NCBI GenBank assembly: GCA_008632985.1
Contig: QPGO01000136.1
Location: 124,001-188,000, forward strand
Direction: 5' to 3'
Length of the DNA: 64,000 bases
Source of the DNA: Psammoneis japonica
Taxonomy: Eukaryota
The notes below the pieces were generated by a model. The model was not told the origin of the DNA. It made no database searches and worked only from the letters and a program-made list of their open reading frames with translations. The stretch's first letter is position 1; every line of letters begins with the position of its first letter. Made by a program: the position numbers and the translations under genes. This document shows positions 20,799 through 33,751 of this stretch, piece by piece.

Positions 20799-23128
20799 CT
20801 ATCCCATCATGATGAGGGGAACCAGGGCAAGAAGGTACGCAAAGTACGCAATCTTGGTAATTGGTGCGGCAGACGGCTCAGGTGTTTCGGGGGCCTGGAC
20901 ATCTCCGCTGACGGAAACAACGTTGAATGAGTCGCTTGGCACTTCTGCCGTCTCCAAGGCCGTCACTCCTTCGGCTGCAGCCTCCTCTTGGATCGTCATG
21001 GTGAGCTTTCCGCTAGAAGTCGCGTCGCTGAGTGCCTCCGTGTACTCTCCGACAAACTCGTCAAGAACGTCCTCCTCAAAGCATGCGTTGTTGCTTTCGT
21101 AACATTCCATTGTCAGCGTCATAATGAATTCGACAACAAGAGCGTCGTCTTGGTCCAAGATTCGCAAGCGGCGCCTCACTTCGACTCCATTGATTGATGT
21201 GACATCCACTGTGGCGGTACCGTCAACATCGTCAACCAACTCTTCGAGACTGGTTTCAATCACCTCCACAATCTTGACAAGCTCCTCTTCGCTGGCTTGC
21301 AAAACCTCGTCAGCACCTACGCCTGCGTTCACCATGATTGTCGAAACAACCTCTGCCTCTACAATGGCTTGAACTTGAGAAAGCGTGGGACTAAGAGATA
21401 CCGACGGGGAGGGCGTTGGTGAATCAGTTGATGACGGAGTAGGGGGTGGACTGGGAGGAGGAGTCGGGCTCAGACTAGGGAATCCACTGGGAGGAGGAGT
21501 CGGAAGCAAGCTCGGAGAAGAACTGGGCGTCAAAGTTGGAACCGAGCTTGGAGTCGCGCTTGGTGCCACGCTGGGGGACGCGCTGGGGAGAGTTGGAGCC
21601 ATGCTGGGGGGTACACTGGGAAGGGAACTCGGACTCTCGCTGGGAACGGTACTGGGCACAGTACTCGGGACCACACTCGGACCCATGCTCTCACTTGGCG
21701 CGACACTGGGCATCGTACTTGGAAGTGCACTCGGAAATGAACTCGCACTAGGTGCGGCACTCGGAGCACTACTTGGTACAGCACTTGGAACGAGACTTCC
21801 ACTAGGCTCGACACTGGGCGCCACACTTGGGACAGAACTCGGAAAAGGCTCAGTCGGGAGAGGCTTGGTTGTCCACTTGGAGATGCACTGGGGAACGGTG
21901 TTGGATGCGAACTCGGAGATGCGGATGGCTCGAAAGTTGGTTCCAAACTCGGAGATGGGGACGGAGCAGGAGTGGGCTCGAGGAAGCAAATTGGGAGAAG
22001 ACACTCCCTGCCTCTGTTTGTGCTCAGCTTCTCCATGACGCTGCAGAGATCTTCAAGCAACTCCATCTTCTTCTCTTCATCGATCTCGGGGTTGAAGTCG
22101 TAGGACATCGAATAATCAAAGTCATACGACATTTCGTAGTCAAAACTCATCTCCTTCTCCATTGGCGAAGACCAGTAGTCGTCATCGTCATCGTGAAGAT
22201 TCGGTGGAGGCGAGTCGTCATTCGGAGGTCCCGCGATGCATACCTCAAACGCCTTAGGTGCCAGTTTAGTAGGACAAACTTGCTCAATCTCGTCGTAGCC
22301 GGGAGGGAAGCACGTGTCTACGGCTTGCCCCGTGACGGGCTCCAATTCAAAGACCTGTGGTGGAGCATTCATGACGTACCCAAGCATGCAGGTCAAAAGT
22401 CCGTCTTCGATGATCTGCTCGAAGTTGAGCAGGTTCAAGTCTTTTAAATCGTCGAAGAATGGATAGGGAAGCTCAACCATGGCGCAAGTCTCAATCCAAC
22501 TCGACTCAACCTCAAGGAAGCCGTAGTCTCCACAGAACTTCTCCAAGCACTCGCCGCTCTGTAGAATCTTCCAGAAACTCTGGAACGCTTCCTGAAAGTC
22601 CGTACCGCCAATAGCCTCGCCGTTGCTGATGCAAATGTCACGAGCGCTCTCAAGCTCCTCGAAGAGATCTCCTGGCGTCAGGTCGTCCGGGATATCACAC
22701 CAGAACGAATGATGGCTCCAAACATTCGGTTCAAGGAAGGTACGAACCACACACGAGTCAAGATTGAGTTCCGTATTGGCACAGTCGGAGAGAAACCCAA
22801 CAATGACTTCTTGAGGGAAATCATCAACGTTGTGAAAGTCACCCAACACCGATCCACCGTCATGCATATCATCACGTGGCGATGGATAGGGAGCTGGAGC
22901 CTCGGTAAAAGGAGACGAAAAGGGCGGACCCGACTGGTAGTACGGCAAATGAATCGTCGGTGAAGCGGTCGGCGTATCGTTGCTGTCGACGTTGTAAACC
23001 AACATTCTCCGGGCTTCTCCCACGCGGGGAGTCACCAGGACTCCAAGGAGAGTCAACAGCTTGGACGGATGTCTGCGTTTGAAAATAGCACGACAGCAAA
23101 GGTTTGATGTGAGAATGCGATACGACAT
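20799..23128 (-). CDS. Secreted or cell-surface protein with a Cys-rich N-terminal domain, PSxxPS repeats and a hydrophobic (GPI-like) C-terminus; frameshift near 21850-21900
   Basis: N-terminal hydrophobic stretch LLTLLGVLV, APSxxPS repeats 21390-21960, RRRLR motif, tail AYFAYLLALVPLIMMG. Confidence 0.7.
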
Positions 23129-23951
23129 ATCAAATCCGACGATATCAACGAGTGATAGTCATGCTCCGCATCACCGGCCGGCGATTCGACTACTACGTCA
23201 ATGGAGAGATATTCATTACATCATCGAGAAGAACGATATCACTGAAACGCAAAAATCAAACAAAGAGCAACGGCTATACGAACACAGGTCTCAATAGTTC
23301 CGTCCCGGCAAAAACCGATCGGAACAAACGCTCCAACTCCGACGACGCGAAAAAAAACGAGACACAGGAACGGCAACGATGAGCCACTTACATCATGGCA
23401 AAGAAAGGTCTTGGTATCAACAGAATCGTTACTCGACGTTTGGGACGGTATCGATTTTTGTGCTCTCTGTGTTGTGTGGGTCCCCGACCGAATCGGCCGT
23501 CGCTGAAAAAAAGCGCTGGAGCAATTTCAAACTTTGTGTAGAATTGGTACTGATTTCTACAGAGGCCCGTTACCAAATCGTTTCTCGTTTGAAACGCACA
23601 GCTTGATGACGCAAGCAAGCGCGCCTCAGTTCCAAACAAGTTTTTCAAAATGCGGTCAAACACACAACTTACTCAGAGCAAACATGCTATTTTCTACTAA
23701 AGCAATGAAGTGTATCTACCAACGCGTCACAATTCCACGAGATACGGTGACGTCAAAAATAGTGCTCGGGAACGCATCATAGAAAAAGCTTTTCCCGCCC
23801 TTTTTCATCTCGAAAGCATTCGTTCCTAAAAGCAAAAAATGAGAAAGCAACTAAGAGGAATGACTTGTGGCATCGGCTTTACAACGACTCGTAACTTTCA
23901 GCAGTATGACTTACCATCCACAAGTCCGTCGACCGACGCAGGTATATTGCT

Positions 23952-24950
23952 TTACTCTGCTGCCTTCTCCAAGGCAACAAGGTAAAACTCATCATCGTCA
24001 CCATCCAGTTCCGTGTCGTATCCTTCCGAAAGCATATCCGACTTGGTTCTGACTTGCAATTGTAACCACTCGGCCATGGATTGCAAACTCACATTGTTTG
24101 GCATGTTTCGTACCGCCACGGACGGGTTGCTTCGACATTCGTCCTTGACAAACTTTGCACCATTGACGTGGCACAAGACAATGCGTCCCGATGGCCTCAA
24201 GAGAGCAGCCGCCTCGGACAGTACTTGACGAGTGTCTCGAAAGAATTGGAGCGAACCATTCATGAGAATCACATCATACTTGGTGTCACGAGGGACACTC
24301 TCTGGAAAGGACCCAACCCAAAAGTTGTATTGAGGCCATTGCTGCTTTCCCAAGTCAATCATTTCGGAAGAAAGGTCCAAACCGCTGTACGCTACTGTCT
24401 TTGGAAGATACGGCACAATGGCACCGTCTCCGCAGCCGACATCCAACATGTCTAGTGTTGTTTCTCCTGCTGCTCTATTACTAGAACCACCACAACACGC
24501 CGTGACAATGTGTCCGAGTCGTCGTTTCACATACGGTTCCACCTTGCCCTTGGTTCGTGCATAGTCTTGAGGCAAAAACATGGCAACCGTATCCCACGTT
24601 GCCGCTACACGAGCCTCATGCATTTCCTCTTTGGACATCATGAGCGACGAAGAATCATTGTCGTTCATGATTTTTTCCATTTGTAATTGAAAGTACTCAT
24701 TGCTGGCGGCATCCACATTATTGCTATTCTTTTTCAATAACTTCTTGGCCTTGTTGGAAAGCTTGACGACTACTCCCGCATCCTTTTTCGATTTCTTGGA
24801 GGACGCCGCACCAAAGCCCTTGGAGGCGAAACGTGCTACTAGTGGGGAGCTACCGTACCGTTGAATCAATTGCACAGCTGGAACAAAAGCTGTCGTACCC
24901 ATCAAGAGTGACAGAAGCAGATGGAACACAAGTTTTAATGCAGACCTCAT
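23952..24950 (-). CDS. Class I SAM-dependent methyltransferase, probably plastid-targeted
   Basis: MLDVGCGDG motif I, YSGLDLSSEMI, LLRPSGRIV. Signal peptide ending TTA-FVPA. Confidence 0.85.
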   Translation of the reverse strand: MRSALKLVFHLLLSLLMGTTAFVPAVQLIQRYGSSPLVARFASKGFGAASSKKSKKDAGVVVKLSNKAKKLLKKNSNNVDAASNEYFQLQMEKIMNDNDSSSLMMSKEEMHEARVAATWDTVAMFLPQDYARTKGKVEPYVKRRLGHIVTACCGGSSNRAAGETTLDMLDVGCGDGAIVPYLPKTVAYSGLDLSSEMIDLGKQQWPQYNFWVGSFPESVPRDTKYDVILMNGSLQFFRDTRQVLSEAAALLRPSGRIVLCHVNGAKFVKDECRSNPSVAVRNMPNNVSLQSMAEWLQLQVRTKSDMLSEGYDTELDGDDDEFYLVALEKAAE

Positions 24951-25428
24951 CTTACTGTCTAAATTTCTGGGAAGTCTCACTTTATTACCGTAAAGATAGC
25001 ACCTTCAGACCTTACTTCTGCTGCCTGTGTGTTATGAGGGTTGTTATGGCTTCCCCCGCAGTTCCTTTTTCTCCCCTTGTAAAGCAGAACTCGAACAATT
25101 ATGAAGATACAAGAACAAACCCTAGAGAGAGAGGGCTAGGCTATGGTTGTCGATGGACGTGTCGTCGGCTGTTTACGGCCTCTTGCACTCTTGCAGTCAA
25201 TGGCACGTCATTGTGATGTGCGTGCGGATATGCCGCCATCACACATCACACTGTCTTGCATGCTGGTACAAAATCACGTGGATTTCTACGAGCTGGCTGA
25301 CGTTTCAACGATCGAAGCACGGACGCACCCTTAGAGCACAACACTCCATGCACCATAGGCTCGCGATCTTTCGGTTTCTCTCATTTTCAACTTTAGCAAA
25401 ATCGCCGACCAACAACAAAACAGAGGCC

Positions 25429-26264
25429 ATGGCGCCTTTCCAACTCCTTTTGCTTATTCTAGCTTCATCAATAACATCATCATTATGCTTTTCATCTAAT
25501 GGACGAATCCGCACTGTCAAGTCTACTGGCACTTCTTGTTCACCGAGTAGTAGCAGCACATGTGGTGTGTTGTTCATGTCATCTCGTCTTGTACCACCTC
25601 CGGTTCAAGACGCACAACGATTGACACTCCGTTGGAAACTTGTAGCAAAGCAAGCAGCCGCCGCTTGTACTGCAGCCTTTCAAAACAACAATATTCGAAG
25701 AGTCAGTGTTGACATTCCACAAATTAGCAGTGTCGATCGTTCCACCACGGCACGGAAATTTGAAGACGACAATAACTTTTTATTGCAAATGATTTCAAAC
25801 ATGGGTGGACGGAATCCCGAGCCCATTGGAAAGGAAATTAAAATCATGATGGGTGGATTTGAACGTGGTGGGGATTATCTATCCGAGGAAGGCTTGTATG
25901 GGTACCGTTGGAAGGCTATTAATGCAGACACTATTTTGGCCATTGGCAATGCCGAAATTGACAGCAGCGCCTTGAAGAATTGAAAACGCTCGATGATGGA
26001 TCCTGCAAGGTCATTTTGTTCAATGTGAATTTGGATCGATTGTCGTTTTTCGACAAGATTGGTTTGCCGTCCTTGGATGACGTTGAAACAGCCTATGTAT
26101 TACGAAGATGTGGTCCTGGATTTCTTTCCAGAGAATACCCGCAAGATTATGGCTTGTGGAAGTTTGACGGTGGCAGCAAAAAGGGACAACCCATTCTAGT
26201 GGACAGTCAGTCAGCTCCATACAAGGCTCAACAAGCAGAGACAATTATCCGAAATAGTACATAA
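25429..26264 (+). CDS. DUF1995 (LPA3-like) plastid protein; frameshift near 25980
   Basis: Signal peptide MAPFQLLLLILASSITSSLC-F. RRVSVDIP, KVILFNVNLD, ETAYVLR, GFLSREYPQDYGLW. Confidence 0.6.
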
Positions 26265-26396
26265 GGCAGCGAGCAAGTTATAAAACCATCTCGCTAGACA
26301 GTTGTCGTAGTTGTACCAGAGCTACCAAGTCACAAGAAAAGCGCAAACACACCGATACAGCGTTCCTCGATCTATTCCTGCCCATTTCTCTCTTTT

Positions 26397-27361
26397 CTAA
26401 CAGCAATTCTTTAAAATGGGTTCTCGTTTGGACGCATTCAAATCAATCCCTTGCTTATCGGAATTGTTACCTCCACCCCGCGCATCCCGTTGTCGAATCA
26501 ATTCTCCCGCAACCGTCAAAAAGGCTTCTTCGACATTTTTGGCCGACTTGGCGGACGTTTCCAAAAAGGCAATGCCCAACTCATCGGCAAACTCCTTGGC
26601 TTGTTGGGTCGTGACCACGGCGGTGCGGTCCGACTTGTTGCCCACCAGCAGCTTGACCGTGCCCTCGGCGGCATACCGATTCACCTCTTTGAGCCAATCA
26701 TTGACGTGATCAAAGGATTCTGTCGATGTCACGTCGTATACCATGATTATACCATCGGCGCCGCGATAATATGCCGATGTGATTGTGCGGAAGCGTTCCT
26801 GAAAAAGTACAAAAAACGGAGGGAGTTTAGCATACGAGACACGATTCAGTGGGCGATGATTCAATCGGCAGAGACAAGACAGAAACAAGATCGAACATAT
26901 ATAGTGAGACTGATAAGCTTTCAACGTCGTTTTACGCATACCGACACTCTAGCAAACAACAACAAAGTGATTCGTACCTGACCGGCCGTATCCCAAATTT
27001 GCAGCTTGACTGTTTTCTTATCAATTTTTACGGTGCGAAAACGAAAGTCGACGCCAATGGTAGAAATGTATGACTCCGTAAAGGCGTCGTCCTTACAGTT
27101 TCGAGGCAGAATTTTATAGAAACAATTTGTTAGTTGAGAGGAGTATTGGGGAAAACAGCTAAGAATGTAAAGGTTGGAAGCAAGAAGCACGAGTGCCGAC
27201 AAATGACGCACAACAAAACATCATATTGGATGTTCGCTGACGCCGTAACTTACCGCAAATCTCAGCAGTAAACATGATTTACCGACGCCACTATCACCAA
27301 TCAGTACTAGTTTGAAGAGATAGTCATAGTCTCTTGACTTGTTCGAGCCCTTGGGCGCCAT
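26397..27361 (-). CDS. RAB1: Rab1/Ypt1 small GTPase; exons 27361-27254, 27091-26978, 26798-26397
   Basis: [65 protein letters not shown]-terminal CC. Canonical GT-AG introns keep the frame. Confidence 0.97.
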
Positions 27362-28458
27362 TGTTGCAACTTTTTGTTGTTGTTGTGCGTTTTTGGCTGA
27401 GGTCTTGTAACAGTTAATGATTGTATTCAGTTCATAGATCATATACAATTTAGCTGTATACATAGTCACACATTTTGGTATTATTATTGGTTCAAAAAAG
27501 GTCAATGGTATATTCAGCGACGTATTACGTTTTACATCTTCAACGGTCAGCAGGCAACGACCGTACCTTGACAGACCGTGATTGATTCCCGCGTCATTTC
27601 CAGCTTCCAGTCCCGCTCTTCACGATATTTCTTCTCTCAACCCAAAAAGCAAGTTGCGAGAGATTCCTGAAAGTGTATACTAGTAGTAGCAAGCACCGTT
27701 GTAGGTATCTGTCCTGATCATCCGTCACCTATTTTCACATGTATGAAGAAGTGACATGGGGAATCTCCTCCTTCTCTTCCAAGGAGTTCACACGCTGTTG
27801 GCACCTCATTTTTTCACTCGTCCTCGCCGAATCTTCTGCCGCGGACCGATTATTCAGGCATCAATGAGAACGTCTTTCTACTTTCAGCATCCATCCCATT
27901 ATATCCTGCGGCTGACGTTGCATGCACGCACCTTGTGGTGTGCGTGTCGGTACGAGCAAAAGGCTGGAAGGTCGTGCCTCTGGCCGTGACTGCTCGTCTC
28001 TTTGCTGCAGGAAGCCGTTCACTCTCTAGAGCACCATCGGGGAGAGTCATTGTCTCTTGTTGAATCCAAACAGATGATCATGCGTCAATGACACGAGGTT
28101 CGACCGCACTCATGCCTCTTGGGTTTCTCAAGTTCCGTCGACGCCAATTACTGTCAAGAAGTGTCAGGTTCTTTCAACTACTGCTTGATTGCCAAACCTG
28201 TCGTTATCGTCCGAACAATTCGTTTGCGTGCTTGCTATTTTTAATTAATCTTTGCGTTTGGCGCGCAAATAGAATCTCTCTACACGAGCCATGGAGTTCG
28301 TGGTACAACTACCGTAGAAATCAACGACCCGGTACAAAATACGTACAATCCCATGTGGAGAGATCTTTCGTGAATGGCGCGCACGAAAAAGTGCTTTTCC
28401 ATTCTCTCACAATCCGCAAAAGAAACACACACACAACACAAAGCCCATCATTTTTCAC

Positions 28459-29269
28459 CATGACTTCCATTGCCGCCACCGAGAACGTCCCCGTCCAGGT
28501 CGCTCCCTCAAGAAGGAAACCGTCGCTGTGACGGAGGACAAGGCTGAAGATACAACCAAGACGTCGGATCTAGAGTTGTCGTCCGAAAAGAAGCAGACCG
28601 ACGCCGTTGTTGCCGACAAGGCCAAGAACATGGCGGTCGATACGGCCGCAGAGCCTGTCAAAGACAAGACTAATGACTCGTCGTCCACCAAGAAGCGTGG
28701 TTCTCCCACGCCTACACCGGAAGAGCATCCCGAGGCGAAAAAGGTCCACGTCGAATCGGCCGCCGTAGAAACGAGTACCAAGACTACGGAAAAGCCCGCC
28801 ACGGAACCTTCCGTGGAAAAACAAGTCGTCCGCCAAGAAGGACGCCGACGACGCTCCCGCAATGGAAACCGAGATGATGGAAGTACTCAACGAAGATGCT
28901 ATTTTGGATGAGCTTAGCGAGCTCGATTTGCAGCTTGCCGAGGCGAACTACACCCTTTCCACAGCGTTGGACGCCAACAAGAACCTCACGGAGGTCATCA
29001 AGGATCTTGTGGAACGCAACGAAGATGCTCTTTTGGATGAGCTTGCCATGCTCGATTTTCAGCTTGCCGAGGCGAACTACAACCTTTCCAAGGCGTTAGA
29101 AGCCAACAGGAACCTTACGCAGGTCTTCAAGAATCTTGTGGAAAACAACGAGAATCGTCTTGATGAAGTCTCCAACGCGACTCTCGCAAAGAATATGGAA
29201 CAGTTGACGGATTCTCTAAAAAAGATGGCCTGTGTTCTCCAGCCCGCGGAAGCCCCCAAGGCCGAGTAG
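28459..29269 (+). CDS. Hypothetical charged/coiled-coil protein with a 43-aa tandem repeat; apparent frameshifts
   Basis: ORFs 28528-28911 and 28862-29269. Repeat NEDAILDELSELDLQLAEANYTLS... versus NEDALLDELAMLDFQLAEANYNLS.... Confidence 0.5.
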
Positions 29270-29987
29270 ACGTCTCTCACGGTCGCACATCGAAACGTCG
29301 ATACGGTTGGCATTCTAGAAACGTTTTCCATCGCATATATGTATCAAACAATATCACCAACAGCGTCTGCGTTGCTCGGCCGGACGTACCCTCTCCATCA
29401 TCGTTGAATGCTGTATACCGTAGCGATTACCTGTCTAGCAATTGCGTTTTCGAGTGAATAATAATATTGTAGCGTTGCTGTTGTTGTTGGGTCGTCACCA
29501 GAGTCGCCGTCATACCTCGTATCGGTTGATTTATTGTCCGACTCGTTCTCGCGCACTGTTCCATCCAAATCAAAGAACAACACGCACTTTTTTGTTCATC
29601 GTGGCACGGTCCCCCACAGCTGCACCACGCGTGCGTAGTTCTTCTTGAATGGTACTTAGTCCGATGCGATAGCTGGACTACTCGATGTTGATTCTTCAAC
29701 TGCATTACGGGTGTTCGTACGGTAACTCTACAGGAGCACAATGCCTTATCTTCGAGAAGATACGATACCAATGCGGAGGAATCAAGGGGTGATCACGAGC
29801 ATCTCACAGCAGCTGTATCGTTTCGGGAGCGAAGGCTCTCTTCACCCTACTTCATCTCTCCAACCTCCACAGCTAACCAACACAAGGCGTTAGTGCCTTG
29901 AGAGCTTGTTCTGGATCCCTACTAAAGCATGGAGTACCGTATGTCGGTATCTGCCCGAATTGGTTTTCACAGCTTGTAAGTCGTCCA

Positions 29988-31660
29988 TCATGCTGCAGGT
30001 TGTTCGTCCTTTCGTTCACCATTCGTCCTCATTGAATCTTCGGCCGCGTCCTCCCACCGCCTCGAACAACAGTTGCCGCTTTTCTTTTCAAAAAGCACTG
30101 GAACTTTCCATCGTGACCTTGCAAAGCGTTCCTCATTCAACACATCGATATCAAACTCTTGCATGGACTCCTGATTGTATTCCAAACGTCGCACATACTT
30201 GAGCTGCGTGTGGTGTTGCCGTGACGTTTTCATGGCACGACAACAACAAATGGCGGCCTGTGAAAAAAAAAAAGAATGAGATCACGCCACAGCATATATG
30301 TTCGAATCAACAACATACAAAAGACTTACAGTCGGAACGGCGATTAACGAGCATGCTGTAAAGCAAAACATGGCGGCAATTCCCAGACAAACCACGGCAA
30401 TCCAAAATTGAGAAATATTCATCAAATCACAAAGCAAGATACCGCAATACGTTTGCATTTTCATTGGATACGAAATGTTATATCCCTTTCCTTTTAGCGT
30501 GACTCGGAGGCCCACATGTCGGTACCGTCGATTTTGACAACACATTGCCCAACAAGGAACAAACGCGTCTTGGGGTGATAGCGTGACGGCGTCGCGGTCG
30601 TTGGCCACCTGGACGCAGCGAAGCTTTTGTTGTTTTTCCAACTCTTCAAAGCAATGGAGAAAGGCAATGTTTCCAACCTACGATAACAAGAGTGGTTAGC
30701 ACATAAATGCAAAAAGACAACATGACATGCCACGAGGTTGGCAACAACATACGTACCTTTGGAGCTCCTGATGTTATACAAGTGACGGGCTTTGGAAGTT
30801 CGTCACTGGCACCCGCTGAAAAGGCCAGCAAGGTTGCAAGAGCCCCACCAAGACTATGACCCGTAATGTATACTTTATAGTCGGGCCGATCCTTGAGTAG
30901 CTCCTTTACTTGCGACAATATGATTTGGTATTTCATCTGGCCCTCTGGTAAGTTTTTCGTTTCGTTTCTGGCGTCCCTCGATAATCTTGGAACATAGAGA
31001 ACCTTTGACAGTTTTTCTTCATTGTACAGGTATTCCCGAAATCCAAGATGCACTCCAACTGTATCGGGCAAGCCATCCACCTTGACGGGATTTGGAATAC
31101 TCCCCATGATGGCTTTTACGTCTTGTCGAAAATCTTTGTTCGTGACGGATCCGCGAAACGCAATGTTGATTTCTTTGTGCACGTGGTTCAAAGCAATGGC
31201 ATAGACACACTCTTCTTCTTCATGCTCGTCTTGAAAATGAACCACAAGAACTTGTCGAAACGCACTCTTTTTCGTGGCATCGTCCAATTCATATCTCTGC
31301 AACGACAGAGCGTCCTTGTACATTTGTGCACGCTCTTTATCCTTGAGACGTTCTCGTGTCAGCAGTTCCATATTTTCGTCATAGACCGTCAAAATGTCCT
31401 CTAGTGTTGCTGGTAAATCTACAATTCGTTCAATACGTTCCGAATCTCCTTGTAACAATCCTTGCTTGGCCATGGCTCGAAGATCGGGCAAACAAAACAT
31501 GAGAAAGGCACTCAAGAGCTTGGCGTGTACTTCATCGTAGAGATTGTCGTGTTGAAGCGCTAGTTCCACGTCTGATTTTTTTGCAAAATCCTCTCTTGCC
31601 TTTTCATCCTTGGACGTGTCGCAGAGTCAGCGCTCTGCTTGTCGCTCTTCTCACTCATTG
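29988..31660 (-). CDS. Class 3 lipase with introns (about 30755-30680 and 30328-30262); start uncertain
   Basis: IAFRGS, VHLGF, YITGHSLGGALA, GAPKVGN, VANDRDAVT, YRHVG, and a C-terminal catalytic-His region QHHTQLKYVRRL. Confidence 0.88.
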
Positions 31661-32148
31661 TTGTGAAAGACGCTGCCGTTCGCCATTTTGATTGATTTCT
31701 TACTCCTGACCGTATCCTCCATCATGAAATCAGCGATAACACTACACTATACTACTTTCTGATTTCGGCGTCCGTCCTATCTAAGCTTCCGGCTGACGGA
31801 AAGACTGTAGGTATCTCACGGAAACGAAACCCGGACATGACGTCTACGTACTTTTCTACGACGGGTCTGGTATCTTTGATGACAAATCTCGGCGTTCGGT
31901 TTTTCATCATCACTTGCTGGGGGTAGGTATCTTTCCGATGTACGTAAGTTTTGTACTGGAGTCTACGTTGAGGTTGAGGGCAATAGCAACAAAGTTGCAC
32001 GCCACATTTTCAACCCGCCACGTCTTTCATCCGCCAACAAGGTGTGCGAACCTGGCGTAATGTGTTGTATCCTTCGATCAAAACACGTGGTTCAGGATAA
32101 TCTTTCGTTCAGATTTGCCACTTGCATTAACCATAAAAAACTGTCATC

Positions 32149-33612
32149 ATGGGAAAGGGAGGAGAGAGTGCCGTCTTGGCTGCTCGCAGCAGCAGCAACA
32201 ATGCTGAGTTGACCAAGACCACAACAAAATACACGTGGGCCGAGGTTCAAAAGCACCGAACTCCCGAGGATGCTTGGGTCGTTTACATGAACAAGGTGTA
32301 CGATGTGTCCAACTGGTACGATCATCCCGGTGGCGCTGTGATTTTCACACACGCCGGTGACGACATGACGGATATCTTTGCCGCCTTTCACGCTCCCGGC
32401 TCTCAAACCATGATGAAAAAGTTTTACATTGGGGATTTGATCCCCGAATCCATGGAGCACAAGGATGAAAAGCAACTCAACTTTGAAAAGGGATACCGTG
32501 ATTTGAGATCCAAGCTCGTCATGATGGGCATGTTCAAGTCCAACAAGCTCTTTTACGTGTACAAGTGTCTCTCCAACCAAGCCATGTGGGCCACGGCGCT
32601 CGCCATGGTTTACTTTTCCGACAATTTCTACGTGCACATGGCGTCCGCTCTCTTGTTGGGACTCTTTTTCCAACAGTGCGGATGGCTCGCACACGACTTT
32701 TTGCACCACCAAGTCTTTCGTCAACGCAAGTACGGAGACTTGCTCGGTATCTACTGGGGTAACCTCATGCAGGGATACTCGGTCCAGTGGTGGAAGAACA
32801 AGCACAATGGTCACCACGCGGTCCCCAACCTGCACAACTCGACCGCCCTGGCACAAGACGGTGATCCCGACATTGACACCATGCCACTCTTGGCTTGGTC
32901 TCTCAAGCAAGCTCAGTCCTACCGAGAGCTCCAGTCGGACGGCAAGGACTCGGCCTTTGTCAAGTTTATGATCAAGCGTCAGGCATACTTTTACTTTCCC
33001 ATTCTCCTCTTGGCTCGCCTTTCGTGGTTGAACGAATCCTTCAAAATGGCATTTGGCCTTGGTGCGGCTTCGAAGAATGCCAAGTTGGAACGCGAACAAA
33101 AGGGACTCCAATACCCCTGGTTGGAGAAGCTCGGCATTGTCCTTCACTACGCTTGGATGGTTGCCGTATCGACTGGATTCGGTCGCTTCTCTGCCGCCTA
33201 CTCTATTTTCTACTTTTTGGTTGCCACCTGTTCGTGTGGCTTTGTCTTGGCCATTGTCTTTGGTCTCGGACACAATGGCATGGCCACGTACGACGCGGAT
33301 GCCAGACCGGACTTTTGGAAGCTTCAAGTCACCACCACCCGCAACATTTCCGGTGGACACGGATTCCCCCAAGCCTTTGTGGATTGGTTCTGTGGTGGAC
33401 TCCAATACCAAGTGGACCACCACTTGTTCCCCACGATTCCAAGGCACAATTTGAGAAAGACACATGCTCTCGTCGAGTCCTTTTGCAAGGAACATGATGT
33501 TCACTACCACGAGGCTGATTTGGTTGTTGGTACCATCGAGGTCTTGAAGCACCTTTCCAAGGTTGCCGATGAGTTTGTGTTGGACTTTGTCTTGGATGGA
33601 CCCACAATGTAA
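32149..33612 (+). CDS. Front-end delta-6 fatty acid desaturase (cytochrome b5 fusion)
   Basis: HPGG heme motif, His boxes HDFLHH, HNGHH and QVDHHLFP. Intact 487-aa ORF. Confidence 0.95.
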   Translation: MGKGGESAVLAARSSSNNAELTKTTTKYTWAEVQKHRTPEDAWVVYMNKVYDVSNWYDHPGGAVIFTHAGDDMTDIFAAFHAPGSQTMMKKFYIGDLIPESMEHKDEKQLNFEKGYRDLRSKLVMMGMFKSNKLFYVYKCLSNQAMWATALAMVYFSDNFYVHMASALLLGLFFQQCGWLAHDFLHHQVFRQRKYGDLLGIYWGNLMQGYSVQWWKNKHNGHHAVPNLHNSTALAQDGDPDIDTMPLLAWSLKQAQSYRELQSDGKDSAFVKFMIKRQAYFYFPILLLARLSWLNESFKMAFGLGAASKNAKLEREQKGLQYPWLEKLGIVLHYAWMVAVSTGFGRFSAAYSIFYFLVATCSCGFVLAIVFGLGHNGMATYDADARPDFWKLQVTTTRNISGGHGFPQAFVDWFCGGLQYQVDHHLFPTIPRHNLRKTHALVESFCKEHDVHYHEADLVVGTIEVLKHLSKVADEFVLDFVLDGPTM

Positions 33613-33751
33613 CTGAAAATATAGAATTATGCATTATTTTGTAAATCATTGCACACGTGATCATAACTACAGTAATGATTTAGTGTTCTAGATATTGTGT
33701 CTATGGCAGCACTCGCATCACAGCGTCAACCTCGGACGGTAGAAGCATTCT

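Noticed and set aside
21385..22038. Gly/Leu-rich ORF on the plus strand
   Set aside because: It is the antisense reading of the PSxxPS repeat region.
32092..33552. 486-aa antisense ORF over the desaturase
   Set aside because: A shadow of strong codon bias in the sense gene, with no recognisable motifs.
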